From: Alphaproteobacteria bacterium
GTDB taxonomy: Bacteria > Pseudomonadota > Alphaproteobacteria > MPNO01
NCBI GenBank assembly: GCA_964291675.2
Contig: OZ219866.1
Coordinates: 2,304,001 to 2,368,000 of the forward strand
Direction of reading: 5' to 3'
DNA length: 64,000 nt
Shown: positions 38,850-48,470 of the stretch, one piece after another
Layout: every line of letters begins with the position of its first letter
How positions within the stretch are numbered: position 1 is the stretch's first letter
The notes under the pieces: model-generated
What the model was told of the DNA's origin: nothing
Databases searched by the model: none
Seen by the model: the letters and a program-made list of their open reading frames with translations, nothing else
Program-made: the position numbers and the translations under genes

Positions 38850-40289
38850 ATGAGCAGGTTCTCAAGGCGTGATGTCGTCAAGGGCGGTCTGACCGTCGCC
38901 TCGCTTTCCGCGCTGCCGGTCGGCATTCCCGGGCTCGCCTGGGGCGCGACCGAGAACGAGAGGATCGTCGCCGCCGCGAAGGGCGCCGGCGCGGGCGACC
39001 TGAAGGGCATGATCTGGTCGAACTACTACGTCGCCATGACCCCGGCGATGGAGCGGTTCAGGCAGGCGACCGGGATCGGCGTCGGCAGCATCCAGGACAT
39101 CTCGATCTTCGTCATCCCGCAGCGCGCGATGGCCGAGGCGCTGTCGCGCTCGCCGGAGTTCGACTTCTTCCACGTCGATTCCAACATGATCCCCTCGCTC
39201 GCCTCGGCCGGCCTGCTGGAGCCGCTCGACGGCTACATGAAGAAGGCCGATTTCTCCATCGACGCGGTCGGCACCTACGGCAATTTCATGCGCTACAAGG
39301 GCAACACCTACGGCGTGCCCACCGACGGCAACGTGCATGTCCAGTTCACCCGCAAGGATCTGATGGAGAACCCGGACGAGCAGAAGGCGTTCGAGGACAA
39401 GCACGGCAAGAAGCTCGCCTATCCGGTGACCTGGGAGGACGACCAGCAGTTGATGGAGTTCTTCCACCGGCCGGACCAGGATCTGTACGGCTCGGCCAAT
39501 CTGCGCAACCGCGCCAACGGCGTGACCTGGTGGTACATGTATTTCTACTCGGCCGGCGGCTTCCCGTTCGACGACGACATGAACCCGACGCTGGACACCC
39601 CGGCCGGCCGCTACGCGGTCGAGACCTATCTCAACATCAAGAAGGTCTCGCATCCCGAGGCGCCGGGCTGGGGCACGCCGCAGATGATCCCGCGGATCAC
39701 CGGCGGCAAGGCGTTCGCCTGCCAGTACTGGGACGGCATCATCGCGCTCAACGAGAACCCCAAGAAGTCGAAGACCGCCGGCAAGTGGCATTACAGCCTG
39801 TCGCCGGGCTCCAGGTTCTCGGGCAAGCTGATCCACCGCGCGATCTCCTCGCCGCTCGGCGCGATCCTGGTGAACCGCTACTCCAAGAACAAGGAGAAGG
39901 CGGCCTATATGGCGATGTGGTGGGGCTCGCTGAAGAACTCCGAGGAGATCGTCGCCGACCGGGTCAACACCTTCCACGACCCGTGGCATGTCGGCCACAT
40001 GACCTCCGAGGTGGTCAAGACGGCCTACACGCCGGGCGGCCTCGCGGCGATCGAGACCTGCCTCAAGGTGGCCTCGCCGCCGATCTACCTGACCGGCTAT
40101 CTCGAGTTCCAGGACCAGCTCGCCAAGAACCTGTCCGAGGCCTATGTCGGGCAGAAGCCGGCCGACCGGGTGCTGAAGGACACCGAGGAGGCGTGGGGGA
40201 AGATCGTCAAGCGCATCGGCAAGCGCCGGCTCAAGAAGGAGCTCGCGAGCTACAAGGCGGTGTTCCCGAAAGTCGACGTCCCGGCCTGA
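38850..40289 (+). CDS. ABC transporter substrate-binding protein (CUT1/sugar-type), Tat-exported
   Basis: SRRDVVKGG Tat motif; GLLEPLD, YGVP, RKDL motifs; first gene of an ABC operon. Confidence 0.85.
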   Translation: MSRFSRRDVVKGGLTVASLSALPVGIPGLAWGATENERIVAAAKGAGAGDLKGMIWSNYYVAMTPAMERFRQATGIGVGSIQDISIFVIPQRAMAEALSRSPEFDFFHVDSNMIPSLASAGLLEPLDGYMKKADFSIDAVGTYGNFMRYKGNTYGVPTDGNVHVQFTRKDLMENPDEQKAFEDKHGKKLAYPVTWEDDQQLMEFFHRPDQDLYGSANLRNRANGVTWWYMYFYSAGGFPFDDDMNPTLDTPAGRYAVETYLNIKKVSHPEAPGWGTPQMIPRITGGKAFACQYWDGIIALNENPKKSKTAGKWHYSLSPGSRFSGKLIHRAISSPLGAILVNRYSKNKEKAAYMAMWWGSLKNSEEIVADRVNTFHDPWHVGHMTSEVVKTAYTPGGLAAIETCLKVASPPIYLTGYLEFQDQLAKNLSEAYVGQKPADRVLKDTEEAWGKIVKRIGKRRLKKELASYKAVFPKVDVPA

Positions 40290-40312
40290 CCCGGGTAGGG
40301 TCCCTGAGCAGT

Positions 40313-40338
40313 TGGAGGCGCGCCGCCGCGCGCCTCCA
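40313..40338 (+). terminator. intercistronic hairpin after the substrate-binding protein gene
   Basis: Perfect 10-bp stem tggaggcgcg/cgcgcctcca with a 6-nt loop; weak U-tail, so more likely an mRNA stabiliser or attenuator. Confidence 0.55.
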
Positions 40339-40360
40339 GGCGCTTTCGGGGCAGGGGTAG

Positions 40361-41347
40361 ATGGCGACCAACGCAGCCGCGGCGGTTCCGGGGGACGGAA
40401 GGGTCGGCCGGCGCGAGATGACCCAGGCGCGCGCGATCCGCCGCTTCAAGTGGTCGGTGCTCGGCGTGTTCCTCGCCTTGATGGTCGGCGTGCTCGGCCC
40501 GGTGCTGTTCCTCCAGCTCTATTTCTCGTTCCACGACTTCTCGATCTATCTCGGCAGCTGGTGGGACGCCGAGTATGCCGGGCTGGAGATCTTCGAGGAG
40601 GTGGTGACCGACCCCCGGCTCGGCATCGCCATCATCCGCTCGCTCCTGTTCGCCGCCGGCTCGACAATCGGCTGCTTCGTCATCGGCTTCGGCCTGGCGC
40701 TCTTGATGTACCGCCCGTTCCGCGGCCAGGCGCTGTTCTACATCGTCTTCATCCTGCCCATGCTCACCGTGCCGATCGTCATCGCCTATACCGGCGAGAT
40801 GCTGCTCTACCAGAAGGGGCCCTTGAACGACGTGCTGAGCTGGCTCTCGGGCCACGACGTCAACGTCATCTGGCTCGCCAACGCGAAGATGGCGCTGACC
40901 ACGGTGATGCTGCTGGAGATCTGGAACTGGGTCCCGTTCTCCTTCATCATCATGATCGCCGGTCTGGCCTCGCTGCCGAGGGAGCCGCAGGAAGCCGCCC
41001 AGGTGCTGGGCGCCTCGAAGTGGCGGATCTTCCTGGAGATCCAGCTCCCCTTGCTGCGCCCGGTGATCATCCTCGCCATCGTGCTCCGCTTCCTCGAGGC
41101 GATGGCGGAATTCCCCAAGGCCTGGTCGCTGTTCCAGGGCGGGCCGGGCTCGGCCACCGAGACCATCCCGATCTACCTCTACATCACGACCTGGCAGTAT
41201 TTCGAGGTCTCCAAGGGGGCCGCGATGTCCTATGTCGTGATGTTGATCATGATCGCGATCGTGCTGGTGGCGATCTTCTTCCTGCGCCGCGAGAAGCGGG
41301 CGCTGGACGAGATGTACGGCGTTCCCGCCGAGGACCGGGCGGGCTGA
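40361..41347 (+). CDS. ABC transporter permease
   Basis: Six TM segments; EAA loop EAAQVLGASKW. Confidence 0.9.
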   Translation: MATNAAAAVPGDGRVGRREMTQARAIRRFKWSVLGVFLALMVGVLGPVLFLQLYFSFHDFSIYLGSWWDAEYAGLEIFEEVVTDPRLGIAIIRSLLFAAGSTIGCFVIGFGLALLMYRPFRGQALFYIVFILPMLTVPIVIAYTGEMLLYQKGPLNDVLSWLSGHDVNVIWLANAKMALTTVMLLEIWNWVPFSFIIMIAGLASLPREPQEAAQVLGASKWRIFLEIQLPLLRPVIILAIVLRFLEAMAEFPKAWSLFQGGPGSATETIPIYLYITTWQYFEVSKGAAMSYVVMLIMIAIVLVAIFFLRREKRALDEMYGVPAEDRAG

Positions 41348-41350
41348 GCG

Positions 41351-42232
41351 ATGGCGATCGGCCGCGCGCACCGCAGGACCGCCTTCGAGGCCGGGCGCTA
41401 TGCGATCCTCGTGCTCTGGCTGCTGATCGTCGCCTTTCCGATGTTCTGGGTGATCTCGACCTCCTTCAAGCCGGACCACGAGTGGTTCGCCTGGCCGCCG
41501 GTCTACTGGTCGCAGGAGCCGACGCTCAACAACTATCTCAATGTCTGGACCGACTATTCCGAGTACGAGGACACGCAATACATCAAGTCGCTGCAAAAGC
41601 CCTGGATCGCGCTCAGGAACAGCCTGATCATCTCGCTGACGGCGACCTTCCTCGCCGTCGGCTTCGGCGCCATCCTCGCCTACGGGGTCTCGCGCTACCG
41701 CATCCTGTCGGAAGCGCGCATGTTCCAGCTCCTGATGCTGCGCATGGTGCCGCCGATCGTGGTGGTGGCGCCGCTCTCGCTCTACTACTCGACGCTGGGC
41801 CTGCTCGATACCGTGCTCGGGCTCGTCATCGTCTACTTCCTGACCACGCTCCCCTATGCGGTGTGGATGACCAAGAGCTTCATCGACGAGGTCCCGCGCG
41901 AGGTCGAGCAGGCGGCGATGATTCTGGGGGCGAGCCGCTGGCGGACCATCTGGGAGGTGGTGCTGCCGCTGGTCCGCTCCGGGCTGGTGGCGACCTTCCT
42001 GTTCATCCTGATCCTGACCTGGAGCGAGTATCTGCTGGCCCTGATCCTGTCCAAGACCGAGGTGGTGACGCTGCCGGTCGAGCTCAGCAAGTACGAGGGC
42101 TCGACCGAGGGCAGGGTGTACGGACGCCAGGCGGCGCTTGCCGTCGGCGTCACCATCCCGCTGGTCATCATCGGCGTGTTCATCCGCCGGCATCTGGCGC
42201 GCGGGTTCAGCTTCGGCATGGTGAGAAGGTAG
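41351..42232 (+). CDS. ABC transporter permease
   Basis: EVEQAAMILGASRW EAA loop; WSEYL. Confidence 0.9.
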   Translation: MAIGRAHRRTAFEAGRYAILVLWLLIVAFPMFWVISTSFKPDHEWFAWPPVYWSQEPTLNNYLNVWTDYSEYEDTQYIKSLQKPWIALRNSLIISLTATFLAVGFGAILAYGVSRYRILSEARMFQLLMLRMVPPIVVVAPLSLYYSTLGLLDTVLGLVIVYFLTTLPYAVWMTKSFIDEVPREVEQAAMILGASRWRTIWEVVLPLVRSGLVATFLFILILTWSEYLLALILSKTEVVTLPVELSKYEGSTEGRVYGRQAALAVGVTIPLVIIGVFIRRHLARGFSFGMVRR

Positions 42233-42236
42233 CGAC

Positions 42237-43316
42237 GTGGCACGGATCGAGCTCGACAGGCTGCGCAAGGAGTTCGGCCGCTCGGTGGTCGCGGTCAAGG
42301 ATCTCAGCCTGACCATCGAGGACGGCGAGTTCCTGGTCATGGTCGGGCCGTCGGGATGCGGCAAGACCACGACGCTCCGCATGATCGCCGGCTTCGAGGA
42401 CCCGAGCGCCGGAGAGATCCGGATGGACGGCAACCCGGTCAACGACCTCGAGCCGGGCGACCGCAATCTCGGCATGGTGTTCCAGAGCCACGCGCTGTTC
42501 CCGCACAAGACGGTGGCGCAGAACATCGAGTTCGGCCCGAGGATGCAGAAGGTCGATCCCGAGACCCGCCGCCGCCGGGTGCGCGAGGTGGCGGCGATGG
42601 TCCGCATCACCCACCTGCTGGACAAGATGCCCGGCCAGTGCTCGGGCGGCGAATCGCAGCGCGTCGCGCTCGCCCGGACGCTGATCACCGACCCCGGCAC
42701 CTTCCTGCTCGACGAGCCGCTGTCGAGCCTCGACGCCAAGCTCAGGCGCGAGATGCGCGCCGAGGTCGACCGCCTGCACCAGGAGCTCGGCAAGACCTTC
42801 GTCTACGTCACCCACGACCAGGAAGAGGCGATGACGCTGGCCGACCGCATCGTGGTGATGCGCGCCGGCGAGATCGAGCAGGTCGGCACGCCGCTGGAGA
42901 TCTACAGCGACCCGGTCTCGCTCTTCGTCGCCGATTTCTTCGGCAGCCCGTCGATGAACCTGATCCCCGGCCGGATCGAGAACGAAGCGGGCACCGCCGT
43001 CTTCGCCGGCGAGCGCACGACGATCGCGCTGCCCCCCGCCTTCGCCGGGGCCCAGCCCGGCCCCGGCACGCTCGGCATCCGGCCCGAGCATCTCGCCGTC
43101 GGCACCGAGGGCGAGCTGGTCGAGAAGATCCACCTCGTCGAGCCGCTCGGCAAGGACACGCTGCTCTACTTCGACTATGGCGGCGAGCAGGATTTGATCG
43201 CCATCGTCGACGGGGTGTCGACCTGGCGCGCGGGCACCGAGCTCGGCGTCCGCTTCACCCCGGAGCATCTGTTCCTGTTCGACGAGGACGGACGCCGCAT
43301 CGGCCGCGCGCAGTGA
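42237..43316 (+). CDS. ABC transporter ATP-binding protein (MalK-like)
   Basis: GPSGCGKT, CSGGESQR, LLDEP, YVTHDQ. Confidence 0.95.
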   Translation: MARIELDRLRKEFGRSVVAVKDLSLTIEDGEFLVMVGPSGCGKTTTLRMIAGFEDPSAGEIRMDGNPVNDLEPGDRNLGMVFQSHALFPHKTVAQNIEFGPRMQKVDPETRRRRVREVAAMVRITHLLDKMPGQCSGGESQRVALARTLITDPGTFLLDEPLSSLDAKLRREMRAEVDRLHQELGKTFVYVTHDQEEAMTLADRIVVMRAGEIEQVGTPLEIYSDPVSLFVADFFGSPSMNLIPGRIENEAGTAVFAGERTTIALPPAFAGAQPGPGTLGIRPEHLAVGTEGELVEKIHLVEPLGKDTLLYFDYGGEQDLIAIVDGVSTWRAGTELGVRFTPEHLFLFDEDGRRIGRAQ

Positions 43317-43357
43317 GCCGCCCGGCGCGGCAACCGGCCGAGAGTTGCGGCCCGGAA

Positions 43358-43402
43358 GTCCTTCGATACGCCCGGATCAAGTCCGAGCCCCTATCGAAGG
43401 AC
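43358..43402. repeat. chimeric palindrome: family-A ends around a family-B core
   Basis: gtccttcgatacg-cccggatcaagtccg-agcccc-tatcgaaggac. Confidence 0.75.
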
Positions 43403-43407
43403 GCCGC

Positions 43408-44187
43408 TCACCCTGCCGCCGCCATCCAGCCGAGGGTCTCCTCGGTCCGCCGGCTCGGCCAATATTCCGCGGCGGTCCAGCCGTCATAGCCCAGCCGGTC
43501 GAGGGCGGCGAACACCGCCGGGAAGTCGATCGCGCCGGTGCCGGGCTCGTGCCTTCCGGGGTTGTCGGCGAACTGGACGTGGCCGATGCGCCCCGCGATC
43601 TCCGCCAGCCGCTCGATCGGCCGGCCCTCCATGATGTCCATGTGGTAGAGATCGTGCTGCAGCGCGAGATTGCCGTGGCCGGCCAGGTCGATTGCCTCCA
43701 GCGCGTGTGCGCTGGTGGTCAGCAGGAAGCCCGGCCGGTCGAGGGCGTTGACCGCCTCGACGACCACGCCGATCCCGAGCCCGCCCATCGCGTCGGCCGC
43801 GACCCGCAAATTCTCGGCCAGCGTGTCGAAGCAGCGCGCGCGCTCGAAGCCGTGCCGTTCGGGATAGCCGGCGAGCACGTTGACGTTGCCGGGGCGGAGC
43901 GCCGCCGCCACGTCGCGCGCGGTCTCCACGGCCGCGCGGAACTCCGCCTCCCGTCCCGGCGCGGCCGCGAGCCCCGGCCCGCCCGTCAGCATGTCGCCCA
44001 CCGGCAGGTTGAGGACCGAGACCGCGAGCCCCGCCGCCTCGATCGCCCGCCGCCAGTCCTCTGCCGGCCGGTCGTAGGGGAACTGGATTTCTATCGCCCC
44101 GAACCCGGCGGCGGCGGCCGCCGCCGGCCGGTCCAGCCAGTCGCGCTCGGCGAACAGCATCGAGATATTGGCGGCAAACCGCGGCAT
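43408..44187 (-). CDS. hyi: hydroxypyruvate isomerase family protein
   Basis: MPRFAANISMLF, EAVN, DLYHM, HVQFADNPGRHEPGTG, EY. Confidence 0.85.
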   Translation of the reverse strand: MPRFAANISMLFAERDWLDRPAAAAAAGFGAIEIQFPYDRPAEDWRRAIEAAGLAVSVLNLPVGDMLTGGPGLAAAPGREAEFRAAVETARDVAAALRPGNVNVLAGYPERHGFERARCFDTLAENLRVAADAMGGLGIGVVVEAVNALDRPGFLLTTSAHALEAIDLAGHGNLALQHDLYHMDIMEGRPIERLAEIAGRIGHVQFADNPGRHEPGTGAIDFPAVFAALDRLGYDGWTAAEYWPSRRTEETLGWMAAAG

Positions 44188-44275
44188 GGCGGAGCGACTC
44201 TGCCACAGAAACGGTTTCGGTTTCGCCGCCGCGCGCGGTACCAATCGACGCGTCGAAACCGCCCGGATTCTTGCC

Positions 44276-45409
44276 ATGGACCGCGCCACCGAGATCGAAC
44301 TGCTGCAAGAGCTCGCGGAGCTGCGCCGGGCGCGCGGCTTCTGGCTCGACGACGGGGTCGCGACCTCGCCGGTCGCGCGCTACACCTCGCCCGAGCGGTT
44401 CTCGCGCGAGCGCGAGCGCCTGTTCCGCGCGCTTCCCGCGATCGTCGCGCATGCGAGCGAGCTGGCCGGGCCGGACAGCTTCCTGACCCGCGAGCTCGCC
44501 GGCCTGCCGCTGCTGCTCACCCGGGACGCCGGCGGCGCCGCGCATGCCTTCCTCAATGTCTGCCGCCATCGCGGCACCAGGCTGGTCGATGCCGCGGCGG
44601 GCTGCGCGCGCCGCTTCGTCTGCCCCTATCACGGCTGGACCTTCGACAACCGGGGCGCGCTGGAGGCCGTCACCCACGAGGCCGCCGGGTTTCCCGGCAT
44701 CGACAGGGGGGCGCTCGGGCTCAAGCGCCTGGGTTGCGCCGAGCGCCACGGCTGGGTCTGGGTCGCCGCCGGCGGCGGGACGGCGCCCGACATCGACGAG
44801 TTCCTCGACGGGCTCGCCGCCGACTTCGCCTGGCTCGACGCCGGCGCGCTCAGGATCGCGCACCGGGGCGTCGAGGAGCGGGCGGCGAACTGGAAGATCC
44901 TCGTCGAGGGCGGGATCGAGTCCTACCATTTCCGCATCGCCCACAAGGACTCGATCGGCCCCCATTTCCAGGACAATCTGTCGAGCTACCGGGTGTTCGG
45001 CCGGCATATCCGCTCGGTGCTGCCGCGCGCCCGGCTCGACGCCATGATCGACCGGCCGAGGGAGGGCTGGTCGCTGAGGCGGGCGGCCAACCTGGTCTAC
45101 ACCGTGTTCCCGTCCGCCCAGCTCCTGGTGCAGGAGGACCACATCGTCTGGATCCAGCCCCAGCCGCTCGCCCCCGGCCGGACCCGGCTCGGGATCGCCA
45201 CCCTGGGGCCGGCCGGATCCGGGGATGCCGGGCACTGGCGCAGGAACCACGCCATCACCGTCGAGACCCTGGCCGAGGATTTCGCCATCGGCGAGAGCAT
45301 CCAGAGCGGGCTCGACTCGGGTGCCAACGCGGAGCTCCGCTTCGGCCGCTTCGAGGGCGCGCTCGATCGCTTCAACCGGATCGTGGAACGGGAGATCGGC
45401 GCGGGCTGA
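44276..45409 (+). CDS. Rieske ring-hydroxylating oxygenase alpha subunit
   Basis: NVCRHRG...CPYHGW Rieske motif; ANWK...ESYHFRIAH and ED iron ligands. Confidence 0.9.
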   Translation: MDRATEIELLQELAELRRARGFWLDDGVATSPVARYTSPERFSRERERLFRALPAIVAHASELAGPDSFLTRELAGLPLLLTRDAGGAAHAFLNVCRHRGTRLVDAAAGCARRFVCPYHGWTFDNRGALEAVTHEAAGFPGIDRGALGLKRLGCAERHGWVWVAAGGGTAPDIDEFLDGLAADFAWLDAGALRIAHRGVEERAANWKILVEGGIESYHFRIAHKDSIGPHFQDNLSSYRVFGRHIRSVLPRARLDAMIDRPREGWSLRRAANLVYTVFPSAQLLVQEDHIVWIQPQPLAPGRTRLGIATLGPAGSGDAGHWRRNHAITVETLAEDFAIGESIQSGLDSGANAELRFGRFEGALDRFNRIVEREIGAG

Positions 45410-45727
45410 CCTGCCACCGAAGCTCGACTGGCTCTCGGGCGTGCTCGTCGAGCGCCGCGGCGTCGCCAAACAGGAATGTACTTGTTCCGGCATCTGAACT
45501 AAGAAGCCCCCGCCCGGCAGTCGCGATCCCGGAACCGGCGATGCCGCGGGCCGCCAGCCCGCCACAGCGCGCATGGCGGCGGCGCTCGCCGTCTTCGGAT
45601 CGTCCAGGCTGCGGGATGGGAGGCGGAGGGTGACCGACAGCGATCCACCGGCGGAACACCGCGCGACGGCGGGACGGCGAGCGTCGATCCGCACCCCCCG
45701 AATCGCCGGGCGGCGGGGCTAGCTCCG

Positions 45728-46537
45728 ATGGCGGAGGTTCACGCGAGCGCCATCGTCGAGGAAGGGGCGGAGCTCGGCGAAGGGGTCGTCGTCGGCCCGT
45801 TCTGCACGGTCGGTCCGGATGCCGTTCTCGGCGACGGCGTGAAGCTGGTCTCGCACGCGGTCGTCGCCGGACGGACCGCGATCGGACGGAACACGGTGGT
45901 TCACCCGTTCGCCTCGATCGGCACGCCGCCGCAGGACCTCAAATACCGGGGCGAGCCGTCCCGGCTGGAGATCGGCGCCAACAACGTCATCCGCGAGCAT
46001 GTGACCATGAACCCGGGGACCGAAGGCGGCGGCATGCTGACCCGGGTGGGCGACCATGGGCTGTTCATGACGGGCGCCCACGTCGCCCATGATTGCGCGC
46101 TCGGCGATAACGTTATCCTGGTGAACGACGCGGCGCTCGGCGGGCATGTCACGATCGGCGACTTCGCGATCGTGGGCGGGCTCTCCGGGGTGCACCAGTT
46201 CTGCCGCATCGGCGCCCACGCGATCGTCGGCGCCGAGTCCATGGTCGCCCAGGATGTCATCCCCTACGGGTCGGTGACCGGCGAGCGGGCACGGCTCGTC
46301 GGGCTCAACATGGAGGGCCTCAGGCGGCTGGAACTGCCGCAGGCCGACATCCAGGCGCTGCGTGCCGCCTATCGCCTCCTGTTCGCGGCGGAGGGGACCC
46401 TTGCCGAGCGTCTGGAGGACGTGAGCCGGATGTACTCCGGCAACGAGGCGGTGATGGACATCGTCTCGTTCATCCGTGCCGAATCTTCGCGCGCGATCTG
46501 CCAGCCCGCGACCTCCGGCGGCGCGCAGGGGACGTGA
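45728..46537 (+). CDS. lpxA: acyl-ACP:UDP-N-acetylglucosamine O-acyltransferase
   Basis: Hexapeptide repeats; PQDLKY, IREHVT, AHVAHDC, GGHV, VHQFCRIG, GLN. Confidence 0.9.
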   Translation: MAEVHASAIVEEGAELGEGVVVGPFCTVGPDAVLGDGVKLVSHAVVAGRTAIGRNTVVHPFASIGTPPQDLKYRGEPSRLEIGANNVIREHVTMNPGTEGGGMLTRVGDHGLFMTGAHVAHDCALGDNVILVNDAALGGHVTIGDFAIVGGLSGVHQFCRIGAHAIVGAESMVAQDVIPYGSVTGERARLVGLNMEGLRRLELPQADIQALRAAYRLLFAAEGTLAERLEDVSRMYSGNEAVMDIVSFIRAESSRAICQPATSGGAQGT

Positions 46538-47313
46538 GCTCCGAACGTTCGACGATGCACGCCGCCCTCCGCCGGCTTCTCGGACAGGCCCCGATCCTCG
46601 CGGCCCTCGGCCTCGCGCTGGCCGCGAGCTGGGGGTTCGTCGCCTGGATGACGCTCGACATGGCGCACCCCCTGGTGCGGCTGGCGATGCCGATGGACGC
46701 CGCATGGTCGGCCGCCACCGCGGTCGCGGTCCTCGCCATGTGGGCCGGGATGATGTTCGCCATGATGCTGCCCTCGGCGGCGCCGATGATCCTCGCCTTC
46801 GACACCGTCGAACGCGGCGGCGCCGGGGACGGCGGAGCGGCGCCGCGGACGCTCGTCTTCGCCGGCGGCTATCTGCTGGTCTGGGTCGGCTATTCCGGGC
46901 TCGCCGCCGGCGCGCAGTGGGGGTTTCAGGCGAGCGGGCTGCTGACGCCGATGATCGCGAGCCGCTCCGACTGGCTCACCGGGGGGCTGCTGGCGCTTGC
47001 CGGGCTCTACCAGTGGACGCCGATCAAGCAGGCCTGCCTCAGGCATTGCCGCACGCCGCTCGGCTTCCTGATGGCGGAGTGGCGCGACGGCGCGCGGGGC
47101 GCGCTCGCGATGGGGCTTAGGCACGGCCTCTACTGCGCCGGCTGCTGCTGGGCGCTGATGCTGCTGCTGTTCGTCGCGGGCGTCATGAACCCGGTCTGGA
47201 TAGTGTTCCTGACCGTGCTGGTGGCGCTGGAGAAATGGCCGGTCCTGCCCGCCTGGCTCGCCCGGCTGTCCGGCGCAATGATGGTCGGCGCGGGAGCGGC
47301 GATCCTGGTCTGA
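46534..47313 (+). CDS. DUF2182 family membrane protein (predicted metal-binding)
   Basis: MW..MM.AMMLPS, AGLYQWTPIKQACL.HCRTP, GCCWALMLL, MN motifs; GTGA overlap with lpxA. Confidence 0.85.
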   Translation: MSSERSTMHAALRRLLGQAPILAALGLALAASWGFVAWMTLDMAHPLVRLAMPMDAAWSAATAVAVLAMWAGMMFAMMLPSAAPMILAFDTVERGGAGDGGAAPRTLVFAGGYLLVWVGYSGLAAGAQWGFQASGLLTPMIASRSDWLTGGLLALAGLYQWTPIKQACLRHCRTPLGFLMAEWRDGARGALAMGLRHGLYCAGCCWALMLLLFVAGVMNPVWIVFLTVLVALEKWPVLPAWLARLSGAMMVGAGAAILV

Positions 47314-47320
47314 CCGGCCC

Positions 47321-47587
47321 AGCCCGGATTTCTCACCACTGTCATGGTCTGCGCGGCGCTGTCCGGCCGACAGGGCAGGAGAGGCGCGCGGCGCGATGCG
47401 GGGACATCGGGCAAGCGCCACGACGCACCCTGTCGGCCGGAGAGCGCCGCCCGAAGGGTCGCGCCCGGGCGCCCGCCCGCGGCGTCGCGGGCCTCGACCG
47501 TAGTGCCGCTACGCCCTTCGGCCCGCTCCTGGCGGGACGAACGCCCGGGCGCGACGCAGGCCATGACAGTGGTGAGAAATCCGGGCT
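47321..47587. mobile_element. 267-bp non-coding MITE-like element with 33-bp terminal inverted repeats and two internal arms
   Basis: TIRs 47321-47353 and 47555-47587 (agcccggatttctcaccactgtcatggYctgcg, 1 mismatch); inner inverted repeats 47353-47375/47428-47450 and 47458-47471/47542-47555. Confidence 0.8.
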
Positions 47588-48233
47588 ACGGTCCGGTCCA
47601 GTCGAACGGGATGTGCTTGGCCGAATTCACGTCCCAGGAGTACTGGAAGCCGAACGCGTCCACCCGGCACACGGTCGACTTGCCCCAGGTGACGAGCTGC
47701 GGCCCGGGCCCGGTCTCCGAGCCCGGCGCGTTGGCCATGCGCGGGTATGTGCCGGGATTGCTGGTGGGTCCGGTCAGGGCCTCAGCCCAGGCCGTCACCT
47801 TGCCCGCGATGTCGACGCCCCAGCGCGACTGGTCGGGCGCGATCTCGAAGGAGATCCTGGCGCGTTCGACGCCGACCACCTGGCGGCCCTCGGCGAACAT
47901 GGCCGCCACCTTGGCCATGAAGCCGCCGGCCCGGCCGCCGATGATCGCCGTCAGCGCCTCGGCCTGGGCGTCGTCGGCGCGCTCGTCGATGAAGATGCCG
48001 GCCTTGCCGCTCGCCTTGCCGGCCCACAGATCGCCCTCCCAGCGCCCGACCCGCACGAACACGCGGTCGTCGAGGACGGTGTCCCCGTAATGCCCGCGCG
48101 TGACGTGCCACAGCAGCACCCCTTCGCACCATCCGTTGTCCGGCGCCTGCGCGAAGGTGCAGGGGCAGGCGATGTCGCAGCTGCAATTGTCGAACCAGTC
48201 GCCGACGATGTGCCAGTCCGGCGTATCCGCCAT
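47586..48233 (-). CDS. DUF1326 family protein
   Basis: W...GDWFDNCSCDIACPC, P..G.CEG, IDERA...Q..AL..I motifs; GGGAGG RBS. Confidence 0.85.
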   Translation of the reverse strand: MADTPDWHIVGDWFDNCSCDIACPCTFAQAPDNGWCEGVLLWHVTRGHYGDTVLDDRVFVRVGRWEGDLWAGKASGKAGIFIDERADDAQAEALTAIIGGRAGGFMAKVAAMFAEGRQVVGVERARISFEIAPDQSRWGVDIAGKVTAWAEALTGPTSNPGTYPRMANAPGSETGPGPQLVTWGKSTVCRVDAFGFQYSWDVNSAKHIPFDWTGP

Positions 48234-48354
48234 GCGTGCCTCCCAGGCCGTCGCAACCCGTCCGCCGATGGTATGCGACGGCGGTGGCGGCGCACAACAG
48301 GCTTGGCGGCACGGGGCGGCGGCGGGACTGAATTGCTCGCAACGAAAAAAGTGC

Positions 48355-48383
48355 TTGACATGGGACACGTTTTGGGGTAGATT
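48355..48383 (+). promoter_or_regulatory. sigma70-type promoter
   Basis: TTGACA (48355-60), 17-nt spacer, TAGATT (48378-83), with an upstream A-tract; stands out in a GC-rich background. Confidence 0.65.
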
Positions 48384-48400
48384 TGGCACAGTCGAGAAAT

Positions 48401-48431
48401 GGGGCCCCGGACACTCCGGCGCCCCTTTTTC
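48401..48431 (+). terminator. intrinsic terminator-like hairpin right after the promoter
   Basis: ggggccccgga-cac-tccggcgcccc followed by ttttt. Confidence 0.55.
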
Positions 48432-48470
48432 GTGCCCGCATCCCCGGCACCGCAAACGGAGCACCCCCCG

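Noticed and set aside
45410-45727. Possible gene or ncRNA upstream of lpxA
   Set aside because: No recognisable motif, RBS-supported ORF or convincing structure.
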